Below are positions 13,672 to 22,797 of a stretch of 64,000 nt of DNA, piece by piece. Origin of the DNA: Parasitella parasitica NRRL 2501 (Eukaryota > Fungi > Mucoromycota); assembly GCA_025201805.1 (NCBI GenBank), contig MU619253.1:274002-338001 (forward strand). Reading direction: 5' to 3'. Below the pieces are notes generated by a model that saw nothing but the letters and a program-made list of their open reading frames with translations, was not told the origin of the DNA and did not search any database. A program made the position numbers and the translations under genes. Position 1 is the first letter of the stretch; each line of letters begins with the position of its first letter.

Positions 13672-14210
13672 ATTCTATAAAAAAAAATCATGTCGAGGGG
13701 AGAAGAAGAGGCATTACATATGATGCATTTCATAAAATAAATACATATATACAACACACATAAAGAATTTACCCATAGTATAGCAAATTTAGATATATTT
13801 CAAACGAATATATAGGATATCTAGGAATATCAAAAGAANNNNNNNNNNAAAAAAAAAAAAAAAATTGGCAAAAACTTCCCGTTAATACAACATTGGTATT
13901 GTATGTATACATGCACTCACATCCAATACCTATTATCACCTTACAATTACATGTATTTCTATTGTAGTAAATTGAGCTTATCCTGTGATAAAGATGTACC
14001 AGAAGTGTCTGCATTTCCCCTATATTATTCATGTGATATTAGATATGGGATTTATATAGGGTTGTAAGTGATCATTCCACCGGTATCATGACAAATTAAA
14101 GCTCATGGCTTCCTCGTATAAATTTTCGACACTCTTTTCCAATGTTGTATAAATAAAGCATGTTTGCAATCTTCATTATTCTTTCGCACTTTTCCATAAA
14201 CTTTATATAA

Positions 14211-14801
14211 ATGACTTATTTCGATTTCAAACGAGATTTCTTTTCCCTCAAAGTTAAAGATGACTGTCCTAATCCTACCATATTTGAAGGCAGAAAACCC
14301 TACTCTATAGTCATTGAGATAGTAGAATCCCACTATGTCACTAGCTATATTGACGTCTCTGGCTATCTTGATGTCCTTCGCGAACAGTATCCCGAAGGCC
14401 TTGTTATTCTTACTCGTTATGCAGCTGCCGGGAAGTATATTGAGATTGGTTTTGGTGACGAATCAATGCGACATGCTGCTCTGTCAAAACCACCTATGAA
14501 AATTCGCGATCAACTAGTCCACGCAATAAAGTCTACATATTTGGGTGACAGGCTAGTCTATCGACTTAAAATCAAAAATATTGACTCCCTTGGGCGTCCA
14601 TATGAGTATAGGAAGTGGATTCTCGACCATTTGCAAAAATTTGGAACTGTTGAAGACCTCCATCTTCATTACACTGAAGGAGGTAATTGGTTTTTAGGTG
14701 AAGGTTGTGCCATTATCGTCATGTCTCCTGACGATAAACACCATGTTCTCAATCATCCAATACTCAAAATTTCAGTCGAGGAGTACAATGTGACCAGATA
14801 A
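14211..14801 (+). CDS. Intronless tandem RRM-like protein, LINE ORF1p-derived family, paralogue 2
   Basis: 196 aa intact ORF; LREQYP, YIEIGF, LQKFGTVEDLHLHYTEGGNWFLGEGCAII; TATAAA at 14148; AATAAA downstream. Confidence 0.7.
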   Translation: MTYFDFKRDFFSLKVKDDCPNPTIFEGRKPYSIVIEIVESHYVTSYIDVSGYLDVLREQYPEGLVILTRYAAAGKYIEIGFGDESMRHAALSKPPMKIRDQLVHAIKSTYLGDRLVYRLKIKNIDSLGRPYEYRKWILDHLQKFGTVEDLHLHYTEGGNWFLGEGCAIIVMSPDDKHHVLNHPILKISVEEYNVTR

Positions 14802-15884
14802 TGATAAGCGTATATGATTTAGAAACTCAAAGACTTGTAGAAAAGTTGCAAAATAAATAAACATTGTTATGTCAATATTTTATGTACTATGCAATACTAT
14901 GAATGTATTGAGCGTGATGGATAAATTCTTCATCACAAATGAGAAGCGCATAAATTAAAGTATATGTAGAAAATGGCTCCATATAATATCTGTAGACATT
15001 AATTGCGCTCGAAAAAGCCGTAATTTATTTCAACGCTGATTGTATTATAAACAGTTTAAAGGTGTTCTCCATCCATGTTAAGAGGCGGGAGAAAGAAAGC
15101 ACCTTTAGGATTTTAAATGAGTAACTCAACATCGTTTATGTTGTCTCAAGTACAGCTTACAGCTGATATGGCTGTAACATAACGATTTTGCAATTACATT
15201 TTCACACTAGCCATGTATCAACTTTTCGAACCTCTGATCAATTAAATTACAATAAAATACATCCACTCACTGGATTTTGTGTTATGTAATTGCTAATGGT
15301 ATAACTCAGGTTTGCTTGCGGTTTGTTAAATTTTTGACTCAATCTCAAACTTGAGCCCTGAATAACAAGAGATGTATAACTACAAATTAAAAAGGGCGGC
15401 GATCACAAAGGGGTGATTTAACATATGAAGATCGTCTTGCATGTTATGCAATTATCTTATATTTGAATTGCTGTGGTATGTTTTAGAAGCTATAAGAAAC
15501 ACAGAAGCTTGGCAATGTATATTTATGTATCTGCAATTCCTCTAGTCGGTTTTGATCTACCATACAATGAAAAGATTTGCATAATGACATGTATCCTGTC
15601 ATCAGGCTGATCTTTTGGAAGATCAAACTGCAGGTAAATTGCATGGGTTTTCATATGCTAGCTATACTCTTCATAAATTAAGCCGAATTGTTGATCGTGT
15701 TACTATATGCGAGTAGTGACGAACACCATGTTATGGTCATCTTATGATAAGCAGCTCTCCAGGACTCTTGGATACAATGTATTACATTCATATGAAAACT
15801 GTTTCGGTACAACCTTTGACAGCTCTATTTCATGTACCATGACACGAATTGACGTTTTTTGAGTATTTGATTAAAATGTTTCTG

Positions 15885-15909
15885 CTTGATTTCAAAGGTT
15901 ATATAAATG
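15885..15909 (+). promoter_or_regulatory. TATA-box core promoter of paralogue 3
   Basis: cttgatttcaaaggttaTATAAAtg, homologous to 13004-13028. Confidence 0.6.
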
Positions 15910-15985
15910 TGAACCTTGTTCTCTAATTCGTTCAAACATCACTTTACCGCTAATTTTTTTCACCATTCATCGACTACACAAAAAA

Positions 15986-16624
15986 ATGAGCCAGCCTGTT
16001 AATGGCATCTCCTTTATCAACAAGGATGAGTGCCCAGAGCCCGATTTATTTCAAGGATCAAAACCTAACTCTATCATCATTGCAGAATTTGAGTTCTCAG
16101 GTCTCCGGTTTCGACAAGAAGGTCCGACTAGCTTTCTTGGTATCCTTCGAAATCAATTCCCTCTTGGAAAAGTTATAATAAAGCTCCCTATAACAAATGT
16201 CAAAGAGCAGCCAAGAACAACAAAAATGTATATCGAAATAGGCTTTGAAGATGAATACTCTCGGGATCAGGCTCTGTCAAAACCCTTCTCTGTTCAAAAG
16301 CGGCTCATCAAAATGCACAAAACGATATTGCTGTCGAATCGAAAGGTTTATAAAGTTTATATAGAGAACATTGAACAAATTGGATTTCCAGTTTCATACA
16401 AAGGAGAGGTTCGCACATACTTGAAAAAGTTTGGTGACGTTGAAGATGTCCATCTTCACTACACGAGAGATGGTAACTGGTTTACAGGCGAAGGCTGTGC
16501 CATTATAGCTATCTCTTCTGACAAAATCCAGCAAATCCAGCAGCATCCAAAACTTACCTTTATGTTCACGGAATACCCTATAAATGGCCAATTCTTCCGA
16601 TATGATTCCCCAAATGTAAAATAA
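15986..16624 (+). CDS. Intronless tandem RRM-like protein, LINE ORF1p-derived family, paralogue 3
   Basis: 212 aa intact ORF; LRNQFP, YIEIGFEDE, LKKFGDVEDVHLHYTRDGNWFTGEGCAII. Confidence 0.7.
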   Translation: MSQPVNGISFINKDECPEPDLFQGSKPNSIIIAEFEFSGLRFRQEGPTSFLGILRNQFPLGKVIIKLPITNVKEQPRTTKMYIEIGFEDEYSRDQALSKPFSVQKRLIKMHKTILLSNRKVYKVYIENIEQIGFPVSYKGEVRTYLKKFGDVEDVHLHYTRDGNWFTGEGCAIIAISSDKIQQIQQHPKLTFMFTEYPINGQFFRYDSPNVK

Positions 16625-16819
16625 TTACACAAACAAATAATCAGCTTCAAGCACTATATGCTATCCTTTATATGACTCAAAGGCGCCTACTAGCTTATGC
16701 ATACATATCATTCCTTTCTTATGCCACTTTTTTATGAATAAAAATCCAAAACTTTCGTTTACATAACACCTCGGACTTTGACCTTAAGAAGAGTGTTGAA
16801 TACTGTAGAGTGGGGTTTT

Positions 16820-17454
16820 GGATATTTTTCATTATTCCCTAAGCGTGGATTAAAACTAGAGATGTATAAAAGTTGATGATCAGAATTTGAAGGGCATATT
16901 TGGTACAGCTTTGAAAAAAGAAGATGATAAAATACTCTACTCCTATACACAAAGGTGCTTCTTTAACCTATTTGATTTTAGAAAGTTAAGAGTTTAGAAT
17001 GAAGTACCTAAAAACTCTGTGAAAACCTGTCCACAGGAAAAACATGAGAAACTCTTTTTTTTTACAGTTTTCAAGAACTGTAGAGCCTTCCTCAAGAAAA
17101 ATTTAAAATGTTTTTGAATGGAATATATACTGACGGATATACCTGTCAACTTCTTTTTGTCGTAAAGCTAAACAGTTCTTACCAATTGATGATATTCCAT
17201 TGCAACTTGAAGTTTTGAATTATGATAAGTAGAAAAGTATTTTCGACCATGCACGCTTGATCCAGGGAGGAAGGATGTCTTTGTCTCTTACCATGGAAAT
17301 ACCGATATTAGACGCTTATCAAACGCCGAATACTACAACATGGATGGAAATAAAAACAGAACAAGACCAAAAAAGCAGCCGAATATAGAAGAGATCGAAA
17401 CGCATACACTTACTCCTAAAACGGCTTCTGCTGAAAGATACATAGTATGCATAC
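16820..17454 (+). pseudogene. Fanzor1 (TnpB-like) pseudogene, segment 1, up to RuvC-I
   Basis: Frameshifted pieces: YFSLFPKRGL, CIKVDDQNLKGIF..CFFNLFDFRKLR, MFLNGIYTDGYTCQLLF, YFRPCTLDPGRKDVFVSYHG..RRLSNAEYYNM..IET..PKTAS (DPGR at 17259-17270). Confidence 0.8.
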
Positions 17455-18304
17455 TGTGGAATCGGTATAAATTGTTATATGGATTCACGAAAAAAAAACT
17501 ATAATAAAAAAACAATAATGTCAACTTGATAAAGGTATAGGTTTTTATTATCAAATCGACAGGTGTATAAAGCTCCAGTTCATCTACTGGCCAGGTAGAT
17601 GAACCTTTATATTAAACTGTGGGTAAATGTTCTACTCTCGTAATTTAACATGTACGACAATACTGCGTAACTAGCACCTTAGCTTTGTGCTAACTAACAT
17701 ATCAGCAGACTCAAGATAACTTAAATCTATTTGAGTGAGGAGATAGACTTTACTCGAGGTACCCTGATCAATCTTCTATGCGAAGATTGTTAATATCGAT
17801 CCATAAGCGTATATCATTTCTTGTGTAGTCTTATCCAGTCTACATTAATAGTACATACCTGAGTGTATATCACTTGGTATTCATCTTAGCATATATCGGT
17901 ATATGTAGCATGTCTATAGCATGTCATAAGCATATCTATAGCATTGCACATATTGTACAAGTCTGTAGTACATAATGTATCTGTAGCTAGTATCATGGAT
18001 ATAAGTATATGTCCTATAGTGCGTATCTAGGAACTGGGGATACGCATCTGAAGCATAAATCTTATATAGCATAAGCCCGTAGCATATACTAGATTTAGTA
18101 AATGTCTAAGGCTCGTGTCGAGATATAAGTATCAGTTTATAGCGTCATCCATCCTAATGGTGCCATCTCTAGCTTACATCTTACATAGTATAAATCTGTA
18201 TTGCACATCTTATTATCTGTGCGCATATGTAGTCTATATCAATTTAAGGTAACTGGATGAATCTAGAAGTGGAATGAAGATCATCATAGTGTATGTATTT
18301 CACA
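17455..18304 (-). mobile_element. Solo LTR (850 bp) inserted in the Fanzor ORF
   Basis: Termini TGTGGAAT..ATTTCACA; 5-bp TSD CATAC at 17450-17454 and 18305-18309; removing it restores the Fanzor reading frame. Confidence 0.88.
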
Positions 18305-18413
18305 CATACAGTAAATTCTTCAATATTTGGAAACTTTTCTTGATTTTTACGGCCCTGAAACATCAAGAATAAAGTGGTCTAACTATGTGGCATCTCAAAA
18401 AAGAATTGAAAAT
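18305..18413 (+). pseudogene. Fanzor1 pseudogene, segment 2
   Basis: IQ*ILQYLETFLDFYGPETSRIKWSNYVASQKRIE, in frame with segment 1 after LTR removal. Confidence 0.78.
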
Positions 18414-18752
18414 AGACATGGCATAAATGCTATTGCTCATTGTTCTAAAATTATCATGTTACACAATAGATCACACAAAGGGATGAATTTGAAACGTCAA
18501 AGGTAAGCATGACAATGTTTATATTCTCTGCTCTTTAAGCAAAACTTCTTTCGTAAATATGCGATGTTGTGTGAAATTACTAGTAAAAAATATATAAAAA
18601 AATACTTTTTAAAACTGTTATTTATTTTTTAGATGAAGATCATCAAAATGTCATTTAAAAGCTATCTTTATACTAATTTTCCAAGGGTAAATGATTATGG
18701 ATATGAACCAAAATTATATTGGATTATTCATCCAGGACGTCTTGGCAGCAAG

Positions 18753-19410
18753 TGTGAAATACATTCACTATGATGATCTGCATTCCACTTCTAGACTCAT
18801 CCAGTTACCTTAAATTGATATAGACTACATATGCGCACAGATAATAAGATGTGCAATACAGATTTATACTATGTAAGATGTAAGCTAGAGATGGCACCAT
18901 TAGGATGGATGACGCTATAAACTGATACTTATATATCGACACGAGCCTTAGACATTTACTAAATCTAGTATATGCTACGGGCTTATGCTATATAAGATTT
19001 ATGCTTCAGATGCGTATCCCCAGTTCCTAGATACGCACTATAGGACATATACTTATATCCATGATACTAGCTACAGATACATTATGTACTACAGACTTGT
19101 ACAATATGTGCAATGCTATAGATATGCTTATGACATGCTATAGACATGCTACATATACCGATATATGCTGAGATGGATATCAAGTGATATACACTCAGAC
19201 ATGTACTGTTATATCAATAACATAGCAAGGTCTCACATCAGGATCTCAGATCAGTCCCAGGGTCTTACAGTAAATCATGGGTAGTCATGCAGCTAGACAG
19301 TGGAACCCTAGTGTAATGAATGTGTATATAATACACCGAGAGATGTATTATGAATAAAAGTGTAAATCTTTGGCAGATTTATTTTATCAGACTTCTGACA
19401 TAACACTGTG
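18753..19410 (+). mobile_element. Second related LTR, inverted relative to 17455-18304 (3' end approximate)
   Basis: Starts TGTGAAATAC; 18753-~19210 is a near-perfect reverse complement of ~17846-18304; followed by TATATA, AATAAA and candidate CA ends at 19405/19420; no TSD found. Confidence 0.65.
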
Positions 19411-19485
19411 GAGCATTACATGGTTTATGATTATGCAATGCTTGAGTACGCATGAATCACATGTGATCTACACGCTGACATAATC

Positions 19486-20111
19486 TCGAACTGTGTTTTT
19501 GTGGATGAAAGTGGCTTCGATATGAATATACGTCCACCTTCAGCTTGGTCAACAGTTGGCACGCCAGCGATTGCTGAAACCAAGTCAACTAAAGCAGCGT
19601 CTTACACCATACTGGGAGCCATCAGTGCACACGGGGTAGTCAATATTGAGCTCAGAGTAGCAACAAAGCCCAAATAACGTAAAAGCAGACACCAAATCCC
19701 AAACAAAGAAAGGGTAAGGCTTTAGATGAAGTGGAAAAAACCCCTTTTATGAGTGGGTTTTATATTGTTATGGATAATTCACCTATTCAGACGAGCAAAG
19801 ATATCGATTAATTGATCATTTCTAGGGGCTATAGAAGCACACATCTTTTACCCTATCCTACCGAGCTCAATCCAGTTGAGCAGTTTTGGTCTGTTGTCAA
19901 AAACAAAGTTTAGGGAGGGGGTTTTTCTGATGATGAGAATCTCAAAACAAAAATTGCAGCAACCTGTAACAATGTTCCTATTCAGCATTTGAGAGCTTTT
20001 ATACAACACTCTTGCAATCAATTCGATAAGAGTAGAAATAAAAAACACATCTAATTTATAAGTTTTAGTTGATATTACAAAATAACCGCAATTTAATTTC
20101 ACAGAAGACTG
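19486..20111 (+). mobile_element. Degenerate Tc1/IS630-type DD34E transposase fragment with probable right TIR
   Basis: NCVFVDESGF, TILGAIS, IVMDNSPIQ..(34 aa)..ELNPVEQFWSVVK; in-frame stops; ORF ends at 20054; terminus ..CACAGAAGACTG at 20111. Confidence 0.88.
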
Positions 20112-20127
20112 CACGTTCACTGTACCG

Positions 20128-20240
20128 TATACCATCGCTACATCAATTTGGAGAGGCGATGGACGTCCCAAAGTCTTCACAAGACAAAGGGCCATCTCGA
20201 ATTTGGTTGGCACATCCCATCCCGATGGGGCGTGTCGAGA
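20128..20240 (+). pseudogene. Fanzor1 pseudogene, C-terminal segment
   Basis: YTIATSIWRGDGRPKVFTRQRAISN matches the post-RuvC-III IW.G.GRP..F tail of fungal Fanzor1. Confidence 0.72.
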
Positions 20241-20256
20241 CAAGTTCAGAAAGGCT
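20190..20256 (+). ncRNA. Candidate Fanzor omegaRNA scaffold hairpin
   Basis: Nested stems GAATTTG/CAAGTTC, TTGGCAC/GTGTCGA and CCCAT/ATGGG overlapping the 3' end of the Fanzor ORF. Confidence 0.45.
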
Positions 20257-20403
20257 TCTTTTCTTGCAAGTCGACCTAATTCTCGTTCCTCTGTATTCCA
20301 AGTTAGTTTCTTCGACTGTATTAATCTTGTTTTACTTAATGAACCACCACTATAATACCTCGATTGACAAACGACAGCGTTTAAATGCATATTAATCCTT
20401 ACA

Positions 20404-20462
<59 letters not shown>

Positions 20463-20946
20463 NNNNNNNNNNTATATGTCATGCAGCCCTTAAATATCTC
20501 TCTGATTGAGGTTGGTCTCAAGGTAAACAGGTATAGCTATAGCTTTGTAAAAACAAAATTATTTCATACAACAATGCTCCCTATTAATGAAATGTACATC
20601 ATGGTTCGTATCATGTGCGCAATGATAACATAACCATAAAACATAACGCGATGTCAACCTGATTTCATAACTTCTTAGTCTTTCTCATCAGTGCATATAT
20701 GAAAGGGATATAAAATTTCTTATTTTGTTCTGTCACATTAATGCTGCAAAGCAGGGTTCAATGAGCTCATTCAAATCACAAGACAGCTACAGAGTACTGT
20801 GCACGGTTATGAAGACAATGAGTGAAATAGATGTACTAGGATCAACCATTGAAGCTACGGACCATTGAATCAGGTCAAAAAGTATAAATACAAGTGCCAA
20901 GCCATGCAAGTATATGTCTCCCTTGGTCTACTTTAAACACAAAAAA

Positions 20947-22797
20947 ATGTCAGATTCACTTCAAAATTGGAGCAACATCCCGACCGAACTTCTGCAGCGT
21001 ATCTTTCGTGTATATGAGCAATCAGATTGGAAAAATGCAAGAGGTACACTTTATGAATGTCAACTTGTCTGCAAGGTCTGGTCAAAAGCCTCTCAAGCTG
21101 AACTTTACAGAACTGTGTACCTGCCAGCAGCCGATATTGGTAGCTTTGTTTCGACACTTGAGGCCTGTGATCCAGGTCTTGGTCAGAACGTCAAGAGTGT
21201 CCAGTTTCGCCCAGTATGTAATCTCCAAGAGCAAGCTAATCTTGAACCTTCTGATGAAGTATTCCAACACCTTGATATCATTTTGCAACATTGTCCAAAC
21301 ATTGAAAGAATCACTAGCACAATGATCGCTGAACGAAAGTTCATTATGAAAACTCTTGGAACAACAAAACTTCAGCACTTGAGGCAATTCCCGTTTCCAC
21401 AAGACCGTTATTTGCTAGCTTTGAGTAGAGGTCACTATGCTTCTCTTGCTTTGAATCACGAGCATTCTTTTACTGAGCTTTCGTTGGTTGCTGGCTCCCG
21501 AGAACCGATCTTTACCAAGTTGATGCAACGCTTGCCAGATTTCAAAATGTTAAAGCGGTTAAAGCTTTATGGCTCTTCTCAACTCCCCTTTAGTATAAAC
21601 GATTTGGACAACCTTTTAAACATGCTTACACCCATAGATCGCAGCTTGGAAATTGTAATTCATGATCTTTCAATCAGCCCAGACCGCACACCTGAAGTTA
21701 TTTCAAACAACAACATAACAACGCTTCGAATTAGCAATTCCCAGCTTTCTGCTTATCCAATTGCTTATTTGGAAAAGAAGCTAAAAGGATTGAAAAAGTT
21801 AGAAGTGATCACCAGAACTACAATCTTTCCTCGATCACAAACAGAAGAGCAGTATACTGAATGGTGGAACTGCATGAAAGATCTTTGCCAGCGTCTTGAC
21901 TATTATAATATCAGCATTGACGGACACGAAGACCACTTGCGTGAACTAGAGTGCTGGATTGGCCTTATGAATGCATCCCCAAAGCACGATCAGGAACAAA
22001 AAGCTGGTCCAATTGAATTTGTCATGCATGTTAACCGTTCAGATACCACCAAAAAGGCCCATGCTGTCCAAATGAAGAAAGGCGGTTCTTGTGTGAATCT
22101 TTTCCGGTCTTGCAGCAGTTTTACTATGGCTCTTGACCACATATTTAGACATGTACAATCATTGTCGCCCAATACCATCAAGCTATTGGGTGTAAACGCG
22201 TCTTCACAGAAAGACCTGGCATTTGAGAGGGAGAATGTTGAAGGCAAGAGCTTGGAGGCCTTTAACCATGTCATTTCTCTTACCAGCAAACATCCCGCAC
22301 CTGTAATACACCTGGATAGAATGATTCTCCTCGCCCCATTGCTCACTTTGCAGATGAAACAGCCAAGAGTCCGTGAATTGAAGTTTACAAACTCTGTTTT
22401 CGATTCCACTACATTCAGCACAATGTCGCCGCAACTACCAGAAATTGACACATTGATCTTTAAAGGCTGTTTTGTTAAGCATGATTCTCACGCCCGGTTC
22501 GATATCGAGATCCCAGAAACCAAATTAGGCCACTTGGAGTTAGACTTGAGCCATATCGACGATAAACGCCCTATTGGGAACCTTAAGATTCATTTATTCA
22601 CTGCAAGTGAAGAGAAAATAATTTACAGGTACATTGAGGGCGTTAGAACCCGCCAAGAAACTGAAACTAGCGCCAATGCCAAATCTCTCTTCTGCGTTGT
22701 TATCAAATGCAAAGAATTGAAAAGTTGGGAAGTTTCTGGCATTAAACTTGATCACAACCAACAGTGGAAAAACATAGTAAAGAGTCTCCGCCACTAA
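20947..22797 (+). CDS. Intronless F-box protein with LRR-like C-terminus (Mucorales-expanded type)
   Basis: WSNIPTELLQRIF..CQLVCKVWSKASQAELYRTV F-box; TATAAA at 20883; alternative in-frame ATG at 20914. Confidence 0.82.
   Translation: MSDSLQNWSNIPTELLQRIFRVYEQSDWKNARGTLYECQLVCKVWSKASQAELYRTVYLPAADIGSFVSTLEACDPGLGQNVKSVQFRPVCNLQEQANLEPSDEVFQHLDIILQHCPNIERITSTMIAERKFIMKTLGTTKLQHLRQFPFPQDRYLLALSRGHYASLALNHEHSFTELSLVAGSREPIFTKLMQRLPDFKMLKRLKLYGSSQLPFSINDLDNLLNMLTPIDRSLEIVIHDLSISPDRTPEVISNNNITTLRISNSQLSAYPIAYLEKKLKGLKKLEVITRTTIFPRSQTEEQYTEWWNCMKDLCQRLDYYNISIDGHEDHLRELECWIGLMNASPKHDQEQKAGPIEFVMHVNRSDTTKKAHAVQMKKGGSCVNLFRSCSSFTMALDHIFRHVQSLSPNTIKLLGVNASSQKDLAFERENVEGKSLEAFNHVISLTSKHPAPVIHLDRMILLAPLLTLQMKQPRVRELKFTNSVFDSTTFSTMSPQLPEIDTLIFKGCFVKHDSHARFDIEIPETKLGHLELDLSHIDDKRPIGNLKIHLFTASEEKIIYRYIEGVRTRQETETSANAKSLFCVVIKCKELKSWEVSGIKLDHNQQWKNIVKSLRH

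Noticed and set aside
17846-19210. Inverted repeat read as the TIRs of one DNA transposon or MITE
   Set aside because: The left arm is part of a TG..CA element with its own CATAC TSD, and the spacer continues the interrupted Fanzor frame
19848-20395. ORFs of 180 aa (-) and 108 aa (+)
   Set aside because: Chance frames across the Tc1 and Fanzor remnants
20406-20472. Long poly-T/poly-A runs next to N gaps (also ~13840, 26600, 30220, 42400) as retroposon tails
   Set aside because: They coincide with assembly gaps; lengths are unreliable and no TSD is evident
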